DNA of 29,260 bases. Source: a virus. Lineage: Duplodnaviria; Caudoviricetes. Position 1 is the stretch's first letter. Each line of letters begins with the position of its first letter. The notes beneath the pieces were generated by a model, which had not been told where the DNA came from, ran no database searches, and saw only the letters and a program-made list of their open reading frames with translations. The stretch is from positions 1-29,260 of the IMG/VR virus record IMGVR_UViG_3300007255_000005. One strand, written 5' to 3'. Position numbers and translations under genes: made by a program. This document shows positions 6,361 through 14,220 of this stretch, in pieces.

Positions 6361-8300
6361 GCCGGGCGCCCGCCGCGTGGCAGCGGTTCGTCCTCGCGCA
6401 CGGCTGGCACGCGCGTGGCCACGTGCTCGCCGCGGTGCTCGGACAGCCGGTGGCCGACGTCGAGCACGTGCGTCGAACTCGGGCGTGCACCAGGCTGAAG
6501 ACGGGCAAGCGGTTCGCCGAGCTGTTCTCGCTCTGGCACGGCCGCGCACCGAATGATGTCGATTGGCCAACGCCATGGAAGGGCGCCGCAGGCGTCTACG
6601 AATGGCAGGCGCCGGAGCTCGCGCTGCTCGCGAGTCTGGTCGGCCGCATGGGTGGGGCCGAGATCTCGAGGATCCTCACGACGCGCCTGCGCTTGCGCAC
6701 CGGCGATCGCCGCGCCAAACGCTCGCGCAACTCCGTGTTCGTCGGCATGCAGCGCCTCGGGCTGCAGAGCACCGACACCGTCGGCGGCATCACGCTCGAG
6801 AAGGCGGCGAAGGAAACCGGCGCGTACTACAACATCTGGAACGCGATCAAACGCGGCGAGCTGCGCGCTTTCCGGGTGGGGCGGCTCTGGGTGATCCCGC
6901 ACGAGGCGTGGGAGAGCTGGAAGGCGAGCCGCGTGTTTCCGCCGAAGGGCTACGTGCAGCTGAGCACGCTCAAGCGGCCGCTCGGCATCCGCAGCGACAA
7001 GCTGTCCGAGTGGGCGCGCATGGGATACGTGCCGAGCGCTTTGCGCTGCAACCCATTCGGCACTCGCGCGAAGCTCACCAAGTTCGGCACCTGGTACATC
7101 GACGCGAAGGTGGCGAAGCGATTGGTCGCCGATCGCCGCGCCGGCCGGCCGATGCCGTGGTGGGGCAAGCCAGAGCCCTACAACCTGAAGGTGACGTGGA
7201 AGCTGCTGCAGGAGCGCCTGCACCCATCGACCTGCAGGACCTGCGCGCAGATCTGGGGGCCGAGGGGCGCGCCGGTCACCTATCAGGACTACGTGATGCG
7301 CTATCCACCGCTCGCGTTCGGAGCGAAGCGCCATCTGACGATGATCTGGAGCCCTGGCCTGACGCTCACCGAAGTCGCGCGGCACACCGGCGCCAGTGTG
7401 AGCACCGTCAAGCGGGCCATCGACAAGGGGATGCTCGAGGCCGCGCGCGCCGGGCGATCGCTCTACGTCACGAAAACGGACGCCACGCGCTGGAAGGCTC
7501 GCAAGTGTCCGATCGGCGGAAACGAGAAGTCGTGGATCACGCTCGAGACGGCGCGCACGCAGTATCTCTTCACGCTGACCGAGCTCCGCCAGTTCATCGC
7601 GGCGGGGAAGCTGCGCTCGAAGGTGGGCACGAACGGTCCCATGCGCGGCCTCACCTACGTTCCGCGGCACCAGTGCGCAAAGCTGCGCGAGACGATCGGC
7701 TTCAGCGAAGGCGAGGCGGCGCGGCGCGTCGGGGTCTCCGTACACCGGCTGCGCACGCTCCTCAAGGGAGTCGACTGGCGCGGCGCCGATGGCATCCCGC
7801 TCGACACGGTGCACGCCGTGGCCAGGCGCGTCTATTCCCAAGACGAGGGCTACACGCTCGAGCAGGCCGCCGCGAAGCTCGGCACGACGGTCGCCTGGAT
7901 CCACGAGCGCAAACTGGACGGCACGATTCGCATACAGCGCGCGAAGTTCGACCGCCGCCGCATCTACGTCACGGCGCCGATGTTCGAGCGCCTGAAGCTG
8001 GCGAAGGCGAAGCCCGCGAAGCGCGAGCGCTTCACCAGCGCATGGCTCTTCCTGACTCAGGCTGCCAACGACGCCGGCGTCAGCACCGGGTCGATCTTGA
8101 AGTGGGTGGCGGCCGGCGAGCTCGTGCGGCGTCATTCCTATCTGGGCTGGCGCTACTTTCGTAAGAGCCTTCGCGCTCGAGCTCGCCGCTATTGGGAGAC
8201 GGTTCGCTACCACAGGGCCGTCCCACCTGACTGGCTGCAGCGCGAACGCGTCAAGCCCGCGGCTAACGAGGAGCCCGCTGCGCTCCGCCTGGTCGCATGA
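6357..8300 (+). CDS. 647-aa basic protein with about 7 tandem excisionase/MerR-like (HTH_17-type) repeats
   Basis: Start MSRAP at 6357 (ATGA overlap). Repeats begin GGITLEKAAKETG, GYVQLSTLKRPLG, GLTLTEVARHTG, WITLETARTQY, GFSEGEAARRVG, GYTLEQAAAKLG, WLFLTQAANDAG. Confidence 0.85.
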   Translation: MSRAPAAWQRFVLAHGWHARGHVLAAVLGQPVADVEHVRRTRACTRLKTGKRFAELFSLWHGRAPNDVDWPTPWKGAAGVYEWQAPELALLASLVGRMGGAEISRILTTRLRLRTGDRRAKRSRNSVFVGMQRLGLQSTDTVGGITLEKAAKETGAYYNIWNAIKRGELRAFRVGRLWVIPHEAWESWKASRVFPPKGYVQLSTLKRPLGIRSDKLSEWARMGYVPSALRCNPFGTRAKLTKFGTWYIDAKVAKRLVADRRAGRPMPWWGKPEPYNLKVTWKLLQERLHPSTCRTCAQIWGPRGAPVTYQDYVMRYPPLAFGAKRHLTMIWSPGLTLTEVARHTGASVSTVKRAIDKGMLEAARAGRSLYVTKTDATRWKARKCPIGGNEKSWITLETARTQYLFTLTELRQFIAAGKLRSKVGTNGPMRGLTYVPRHQCAKLRETIGFSEGEAARRVGVSVHRLRTLLKGVDWRGADGIPLDTVHAVARRVYSQDEGYTLEQAAAKLGTTVAWIHERKLDGTIRIQRAKFDRRRIYVTAPMFERLKLAKAKPAKRERFTSAWLFLTQAANDAGVSTGSILKWVAAGELVRRHSYLGWRYFRKSLRARARRYWETVRYHRAVPPDWLQRERVKPAANEEPAALRLVA

Positions 8301-9202
8301 GCACGAAATACGATCGCGGCCGCTGGGCTGGAGGCCTCGCCGAATGGGAGGAGGGCGACACGTGCTACCTGTCGATCGCCTTTACTTACAAGCTGCCGCA
8401 GGCGTTCTCGCGATCTCTCTTTGCCAAGGCCTGCGGCAAGAAGGTCGTCGCCGGCGGCCCCGCTCTGATGCTGCCGAAGATGCGCGCCGTGCTGCCGGGC
8501 TTCGTCGAAATCCGAGATACGTACCCGGACGCGATCGCGCGGCACAACCCGCGGGCGACGTTCGCGAGCCGCGGCTGTCCGGTCGGCTGCTGGTTCTGCA
8601 TCGTGCCGAAGCTCGAGGGCGAGACCTTCACGCTGATCCCGGACTTCCCCGTTCGCCCAATTCTCTGCGACAACAATCTGTCCGCGCTGCCCGACGAGTA
8701 CCAGGATCACATCGTCGAGCGGTACATCGCCGCCGGCGTTCCGCTGCTCGACGCGAATTCTGGTTTCGAGCCTCGCACGTTCACGCCGAAGGTGTACGCC
8801 AGGTGGAAGCCGATCTTGCGCGGGCCGTGGCGCTTTGCCTACGACGATATGGAGGAGACGGCCGAGGTCGCGAGCGTGCTCGAAATGCTTCGCGCCGAGC
8901 CGCAGAAACGAAAGCGGGTTTACGTCCTCATTGGTAACGAGCCGTTCGCCGAGTGCATGGCGCGCGTCCAGTTCGTGATTGACCGTGGCGGCGAGCCGCA
9001 CGTGCAGCCGTACATGAAACTCACGGCGCTCGAGCGCGAGCCGCACGTGCGCTTCGATTGGACGCGCCAGCGCCTGAAGGACGTCGCGCGCTGGGCAAAC
9101 ACATGGGGTTGGAAGGACCGGCCCTTCGAGGAATACGACCGCTTCTATCGTAGCCACGCTCCGGCGGAGCGCTACGACGAGCAAGAGGGGCTTTTCGCGT
9201 GA
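8297..9202 (+). CDS. Radical SAM protein
   Basis: ASRGCPVGCWFCIVP carries the CxxxCxxC motif; LCDNN and YVLIG motifs; N-terminal SIAFTY...VVAGGPA resembles a reduced B12-binding-type domain. Confidence 0.88.
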   Translation: MSTKYDRGRWAGGLAEWEEGDTCYLSIAFTYKLPQAFSRSLFAKACGKKVVAGGPALMLPKMRAVLPGFVEIRDTYPDAIARHNPRATFASRGCPVGCWFCIVPKLEGETFTLIPDFPVRPILCDNNLSALPDEYQDHIVERYIAAGVPLLDANSGFEPRTFTPKVYARWKPILRGPWRFAYDDMEETAEVASVLEMLRAEPQKRKRVYVLIGNEPFAECMARVQFVIDRGGEPHVQPYMKLTALEREPHVRFDWTRQRLKDVARWANTWGWKDRPFEEYDRFYRSHAPAERYDEQEGLFA

Positions 9203-10530
9203 TCGAACCAGAACTTCTCAGGGCGCCGCCGCATTCGCTCGAGGCCGAGCAGTCGCTCCTCGGCGGGCTGCTGGTGTGGAACAACGCCTACGACCACGTT
9301 TCCTGGCTCGAGCCGGAAGCGTTCTATCGCAACCAGCACCAGATCATCTATCGAGCGATTCGAAAGGCCATCGAAGCCGGGCGCACAGCCGACATCGTCA
9401 CGCTGGCCGAGGAGCTCACCGGCGTCGAGCTCGAGCGCGCCGGCGGACTGCCCTATATCGCGGAGCTTGCGCAGAACACACCGAGCGTCAGCAACCTCAA
9501 GCGCTACGCCGAGATCATCCGCGACAAATGGATTCTTCGGCAGTTGGCGATGCACGCGATGGACGTCGCGGATCGCGCACTCAATGCTGTCGAGGATCCG
9601 CGCCTGATCGCCGAGGAGGCGGGCGCCGCGTTCCTCGACATAAAGCTCGACAACGCGCGCAGCGAGATGGTGTCGATGGGCCACGCGCTCATCGAGGCGG
9701 TCGAGTGGGCCGACAACCCGGCGAAGGGTTTACCGACTGGCTTCCGCGAGCTCGACGACATCATGAGGGGGCTGATGCCAGGCGATCTCATCATCATCGC
9801 CGGCCGGCCGAGCATGGGAAAGACGTCGCTCGCCATGAACATCGCCGAGCACAATGCGGCCGCCGTGCCGGTAGCCGTGTTCTCGCTCGAGATGCAGGAC
9901 TGGAAGATCGCCGGCCGCTCGCTCAAGTATCACCAGGCGATGGTCGGTCGCGACCAGGCTGTCGACCACCTCTCCGAGCTCAAGCTGCACATCGACGATT
10001 CGCCGGCGATCGGCCTCGGCCACATGCGCCTGCGCCTGCGCCGCATGAAGCGCCAGCACGGCGTCGCGCTCGCGATCGTCGACTATCTGCAGCTGATGAC
10101 GGCCAGGGCCGAGAAGCGGCACGAGGAGGTGGCGATCATCTCGCGCGGTCTGAAGGCGATCGCCAAGGAGCTCGAGATCCCGATCATCGCCGTGTCGCAG
10201 CTCAACCGCGGCTCGGAAGGACGGCTCGACCATCGCCCGACGCTCGCCGATCTTCGCGAGTCGGGCCAGATCGAGCAGGACGCCGACATCATCGCGTTCA
10301 CCTACCGCGAGGAGTACTACAAGCCGGACACGCCGTGGCGCGGCATCGCGGAGGTGATCGTGCGCAAGAACCGCGACGGTCCGATCGGCACGGCATACCT
10401 CGACTTCGTCGCCGAGTACACGCGGTTCAAGGCGCGCGACGGTCTGCTGCCGGCGCGTGATGAGCCGGCGTCGCGCAGCAAGGTGAAGAACTTCGAGGAC
10501 TTCAAGACCAAGGCATCGGGTGGCGAATGA
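9199..10530 (+). CDS. dnaB: Replicative DNA helicase, DnaB family
   Basis: PPHSLEAEQSLLG, AGRPSMGKT, FSLEM, IVDYLQLM, SQLNR, DLRESGQIEQDAD, KNRDGP. Confidence 0.97.
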   Translation: MIEPELLRAPPHSLEAEQSLLGGLLVWNNAYDHVSWLEPEAFYRNQHQIIYRAIRKAIEAGRTADIVTLAEELTGVELERAGGLPYIAELAQNTPSVSNLKRYAEIIRDKWILRQLAMHAMDVADRALNAVEDPRLIAEEAGAAFLDIKLDNARSEMVSMGHALIEAVEWADNPAKGLPTGFRELDDIMRGLMPGDLIIIAGRPSMGKTSLAMNIAEHNAAAVPVAVFSLEMQDWKIAGRSLKYHQAMVGRDQAVDHLSELKLHIDDSPAIGLGHMRLRLRRMKRQHGVALAIVDYLQLMTARAEKRHEEVAIISRGLKAIAKELEIPIIAVSQLNRGSEGRLDHRPTLADLRESGQIEQDADIIAFTYREEYYKPDTPWRGIAEVIVRKNRDGPIGTAYLDFVAEYTRFKARDGLLPARDEPASRSKVKNFEDFKTKASGGE

Positions 10531-11405
10531 AGCGTCCATCCTTCCAGATGTATCAGGGCGACTGGCTCTCCAACGCAAAGCTGCGGCGCTGCTCGTTCGC
10601 GCTGCGCGGCGTCTGGATTGATTCGATGTGCCTCCTGGCCGACTCCGATGAGCACGGCGTTCTGCGCTGGCCGCTGCAGGAGCTCGCCAACGCCGTGGGG
10701 TGCAAACTCAAGGACCTGCAGGAGCTCCGAGACAAAGGCGTGCTCAAGGGGGCCGACGTCGGCGAGCGCTGCAAGGCGCTTGTATATACGCCGCGACACG
10801 CCGGGCGGGTCGGCGAGCCGGTGACGCTCCTCCCCGATCAGGATGGACCGATCTGGTACTCGAGCCGCATGGTGCGTGATGAATATATACGCACCAAACG
10901 TGCTACCCAAGGTATGCCAACGGACTCACCAAAGGGGGGCATTGGTGGCACCTCAGGTGACCACCCTTCTCACGCGCCCGCGCGTGCCCCCGCGCGTTCT
11001 TCTTCTACTTCTTCTTCTACAGAGTCAACTACATCCACCTCTCCGGAGGTGGAAGGGCCTGACGGCCCGCTAGCCTGCCCGCACGAAAAGATCGTCGCCC
11101 TGTACCACGAGCTCCTGCCGGAGTGCACGAGGGTCGTCGACTGGACGGACCAGCGCCAGGCGCTCCTTCGCAGCCGGTGGAGGGAGAAGGCGAAGCCAAA
11201 CGGCCGCAGCCAGGGCTACACCACCGTCGAGGGTGGCCTCGAGTACTGGCGCCGGTTTTTCAAGTACGTCGGTGAATCCAGGTTCCTGACCGGGAAGGCG
11301 GATCCGAAGCCTGGGCGCAAGGTTTTCGTCGCGTCGCTCGACTGGCTGATCACGCCTTCGCGGTTCGTGAAAGTCATCGAAGGGCAGTACCACGACGGTG
11401 GCTAA
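10527..11405 (+). CDS. Phage replication initiator (O-like)
   Basis: N-terminal KRPSFQMYQGDWL...RGVWID, low-complexity linker with DNA repeats, C-terminal CPHEKIVALYHELLP...ASLDWLI...FVKVIEGQY, all typical of lambdoid initiators. Confidence 0.85.
   Translation: MKRPSFQMYQGDWLSNAKLRRCSFALRGVWIDSMCLLADSDEHGVLRWPLQELANAVGCKLKDLQELRDKGVLKGADVGERCKALVYTPRHAGRVGEPVTLLPDQDGPIWYSSRMVRDEYIRTKRATQGMPTDSPKGGIGGTSGDHPSHAPARAPARSSSTSSSTESTTSTSPEVEGPDGPLACPHEKIVALYHELLPECTRVVDWTDQRQALLRSRWREKAKPNGRSQGYTTVEGGLEYWRRFFKYVGESRFLTGKADPKPGRKVFVASLDWLITPSRFVKVIEGQYHDGG
10890..11053. other. Probable replication origin inside the initiator gene
   Basis: Imperfect CCAA/CACC repeats (10892-10960), palindrome TCACC...GGTGA-type sites, perfect tandem TTCTTCTTCTAC x2 (10997-11020), TCCACCTC/GAGGTGGA inverted repeat. 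Confidence 0.65.
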
Positions 11406-11507
11406 GCGCCGTCACCGGCGAGAACGTCAACGTATTGCGGCGTCGTGCCGCGGCCGCGCTCGAGCAGGCGGCGTAAACCGAAGTTCAACCACAGCGAAGG
11501 AGTAGCG

Positions 11508-11822
11508 ATGGCAAACGGAACGCAGAGTGAACCCGGCACGAGGAAGGGCGGCGCCAAGGGTCGCATGGATCACGAGCACCAGCCGGCGGTGAAGAAGCCG
11601 AAGGTGATCGCCGATCGCATCGAGCAGCTCGTGCGGCTGCACAACAAGGCGAAGGAGACCGCGGAAGAGGAGAAGGAAGCGATCGTCAAGGCGGGCGAGG
11701 ATTCCGGCTACCCGGCGTCGGTCGTTCGCAAGTTCGTCGTCGCGCGCGCCGGCGAGAACTTCGAGGAGAAGAAGCGCCAGTGCGAGCTGCAGATGGAGCT
11801 CTTCGAGGAGGTGGGGGAATGA
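11508..11822 (+). CDS. Small dsDNA-binding protein, GapR(DUF2312)/T4 DsbA-like
   Basis: GAAGGAG SD; IEQLVRLHNKAKE...KEAIVKAGEDSGYPASVVRKFVVAR...MELFEEV resembles the helical GapR/DsbA pattern. Confidence 0.55.
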   Translation: MANGTQSEPGTRKGGAKGRMDHEHQPAVKKPKVIADRIEQLVRLHNKAKETAEEEKEAIVKAGEDSGYPASVVRKFVVARAGENFEEKKRQCELQMELFEEVGE

Positions 11823-12073
11823 TTGCGCTCGGCCAGATGGCGCGCGATGTCATCACCGGATTCAGCGGCCTGGTCATGGCGAAAGCGCAGTACCTCACGG
11901 GCTGCAATCAGGTGCTGCTCACGCCGCGAAAGTTGGACAAGGATGGCAAGCGCCGTGACGGCGAGTGGTTCGACGAGCAGCGGGTGGAGCGCGTCGGCAA
12001 GGAAGCCGTCAAGCTCCCGACGCTCGAGACGCGTGATCCTGGCGCCGACGAGCCGCTGCCGCCTGGGCGATGA
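11819..12073 (+). CDS. Conserved phage hypothetical protein
   Basis: LGQMARDVITGFSG...YLTGCNQVLL...WFDEQR motif set common in phages; ATGA overlap. Confidence 0.8.
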   Translation: MIALGQMARDVITGFSGLVMAKAQYLTGCNQVLLTPRKLDKDGKRRDGEWFDEQRVERVGKEAVKLPTLETRDPGADEPLPPGR

Positions 12074-12079
12074 CCCGGC

Positions 12080-12433
12080 GTGGGCTACCTCTTCGATCAA
12101 TGCCCAGCGTGCGGCAAGTGGATCGAGCTGTGCTCGCCGGCGCAGCGCACGGCATTCCGCATGCTGTGCGACACGCTCGGCGCGCAGCTCGAGTGGCCAC
12201 CCGGATCCGGGCAGAAGCTGAACGTGCGGCAATGGAAGCAGCTCCTGGTCGCGACGTGGGAGCGCTCGGAAGAAAAGCGCGCGGAGTTTTTTCCGGCGCT
12301 CGACGGCGATGGAATCGACTGGGTGTATCGCCGATCGGCTGGCCTCTCGGTGCCGGAGATGTCGCACCTCATCGAGTTCGGCTTCGCGTACGGCGCCGAG
12401 CGTGGCGCGATGTTCAAGGAGCGGCGACGCTGA
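12080..12433 (+). CDS. ninB: NinB/Orf-family recombination protein with N-terminal CxxC
   Basis: QLEW..G.KL...QWKQL...PALDGDG...SVPEMSHLIEF..AYGAERG matches NinB. Confidence 0.78.
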   Translation: MGYLFDQCPACGKWIELCSPAQRTAFRMLCDTLGAQLEWPPGSGQKLNVRQWKQLLVATWERSEEKRAEFFPALDGDGIDWVYRRSAGLSVPEMSHLIEFGFAYGAERGAMFKERRR

Positions 12434-12684
12434 TGTTCACCCAGGCCGACTTCAATCCTCGCCGGCGCATCGTGTGCTTCGCCCTGGTCTCGCGCTATTC
12501 GAACTTCGGCCGCGGCGGTTTCTACCGGCGGCCGTCGCGCCTGGTGCGCTTCAAGTGCGGCGAGTTCGCGTGGGACGGTGGCCGCGGCCGCATCTCGTGG
12601 CCCGAGAAGATCTACGTCTGCAATCTGCTGAGCGTCTCGCTGCCGCCGTCGATCGACATGCCGAGCTGCGAGCTGCGCACGTGA
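12433..12684 (+). CDS. Hypothetical protein, 83 aa
   Basis: TGATG overlap at the start, AAGGAG SD, GTGA overlap at the end. Confidence 0.65.
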   Translation: MFTQADFNPRRRIVCFALVSRYSNFGRGGFYRRPSRLVRFKCGEFAWDGGRGRISWPEKIYVCNLLSVSLPPSIDMPSCELRT

Positions 12685-12983
12685 AGCGCGCATGGGACCT
12701 GGCGGTGCTCAGCGTGCTCTGGTGGGGCGGGCCAGATCCGTCTATAGGCGACGTGCTGCAGACCTCGACCGGCCGGCGCTATCAGATCACACGCTTCCGG
12801 CTCTCGCGGCCGGTGCGCGGCGTGACCACGATCCGCGCGTTCGAGACGGTGGTGCTGCCGAAGGACGCGAAGCTCGAGCCCTGGCAGAAGGTGCACGGCT
12901 GGCAATGGGGTAAGCGCAGCCGGCGGCGTGTTGATGGCCGGCGCGTGTTCCGCGGCATGACCGGAATGCGAGCGCGATCGTGA
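12681..12983 (+). CDS. Hypothetical protein, 100 aa
   Basis: GTGA overlaps at both ends; C-terminal part of track ORF 12309..12983. Confidence 0.65.
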   Translation: MKRAWDLAVLSVLWWGGPDPSIGDVLQTSTGRRYQITRFRLSRPVRGVTTIRAFETVVLPKDAKLEPWQKVHGWQWGKRSRRRVDGRRVFRGMTGMRARS

Positions 12984-13399
12984 GTTTCAACCGCAACGGC
13001 AAGCCATTCTTCGCGCAGGGCCGACTCAAGGTCGGCGAGATGAACAGGGGCGAGCGGGCGTACGCCGCGCACCTCGAGCGGATGAAGGAGGTGGGCCAGA
13101 TCCTGTGGTGGAAGTTCGAGGGCCTGAAGCTGCGCCTGGCCGACAACACGTTCTACACGCCGGACTTCGCCGTGCTCGCGGCCGATGGCGTGATGGAGTG
13201 CCACGAGGTCAAAGGTTTCTGGCAGGACGATGCGCGCGTGAAGATCAAGGTCGCTGCCGACCTATACCCGTTCCGGTTCAAGGCGATGAAGCCGGAGGCG
13301 CAGAAGCGCGGTGGTGGCTACATCGTCGAGAACTTCTCGGACCCGGCGCCAAAACCTGAAGAGCTGCCGGCGTCGGCGCCGCTGTTCGAGGCCACGTGA
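12980..13399 (+). CDS. DUF1064-like PD-(D/E)XK endonuclease
   Basis: MNRGERAYA...YTPDF...CHEVKGF catalytic pattern; nin-region position. Confidence 0.82.
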   Translation: MSFNRNGKPFFAQGRLKVGEMNRGERAYAAHLERMKEVGQILWWKFEGLKLRLADNTFYTPDFAVLAADGVMECHEVKGFWQDDARVKIKVAADLYPFRFKAMKPEAQKRGGGYIVENFSDPAPKPEELPASAPLFEAT

Positions 13400-13584
13400 G
13401 CGTGCACAACATCGCTCGGCGCGGCCGCGCGGCGATGAAGCAGCTGCGCGAGCGCATGCGCGAGCTCGAGGCGCAAGGCAAGAGCCGGGCGCAGATTGCC
13501 CGCGCCCTCGGCTGCACTCGAGCGCAGGTAACGCGCGGGCTCGGCCCGGTCAATCCATGGCGCGGAAAGCGCGTCGCCGCCTGA
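13396..13584 (+). CDS. Small HTH protein (possible late regulator)
   Basis: GKSRAQIARALGCTRAQVTRGL HTH; last gene before the late region. Confidence 0.7.
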   Translation: MSVHNIARRGRAAMKQLRERMRELEAQGKSRAQIARALGCTRAQVTRGLGPVNPWRGKRVAA

Positions 13585-13755
13585 AGTTTCACGTGGAGCG
13601 TTAAGGCAACAAGTGTTGCCTAAAGTTGTTGTTTCTCTGCGTTTGTGTATACCGGCTTCCTCATGAGCTGACGTTGAAATAAGAAATCTTGATTCAAGAG
13701 CGCAGGGGCGCTTTCAAGAATCAAGATTCAATCGGCTCATCAGGGAGCGTGCACG
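13585..13755. promoter_or_regulatory. AT-rich spacer before terS with inverted repeats (late promoter / packaging-site candidate)
   Basis: AGGCAAC-N4-GTTGCCT (13604-13621); AATCTTGATTC (13685-13695) / GAATCAAGATT (13718-13728); several TCAAG copies. Confidence 0.55.
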
Positions 13756-14220
13756 TTGGGGCACGGGGGCGCACGGCCAGGGGCTGGTCGGCGTAAGGGC
13801 GTCAAAGACACTCGCGTTCGCATCTCAGCGCTGAAGGCGCTGCGTGAGGGCGATCTCGCGCCCATCGACGTGCTGCTGAGCACGATGCGCGCGTACTGGG
13901 ATCGCGCGCTCTATCAGGTCAACGACGACGGCAGCCTGAAGCGCGACGAGAAGGGCAAGCCGCTGGCGCGCGTCTACCTCGACTCGTCCTACGCGGACAA
14001 GGCCTGCGAGGTCGCGCAGGTTGCCGCACCGTTCTGCCACCCGAAGCTCTCGACCCACGTAATCAAGAATCCAGCGGGCGCCGGCGGCGTCGGTGGCATG
14101 GGCGGGCTGCACCTGCACCTGTACCTCCCGAACAGCGGCCGCGTCGTGAGCGAGGTGCCGGCGGGCGCCGCGCGCCAGCTCGTCGAGCGAGCCGCTGTTG
14201 ATGCGAGCTCACCCGCGTGA
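13756..14220 (+). CDS. terS: Terminase small subunit
   Basis: TTG start with GGGAG SD; HGGARPGAGRRKG and AAPFCHPKL motifs; directly upstream of terL. Confidence 0.8.
   Translation: MGHGGARPGAGRRKGVKDTRVRISALKALREGDLAPIDVLLSTMRAYWDRALYQVNDDGSLKRDEKGKPLARVYLDSSYADKACEVAQVAAPFCHPKLSTHVIKNPAGAGGVGGMGGLHLHLYLPNSGRVVSEVPAGAARQLVERAAVDASSPA

Noticed and set aside
11395-11476. Short open frame after the initiator (WLSAVTGENVNVLRRRAAAALEQAA)
   Set aside because: No start codon, SD or slippery sequence supports it.
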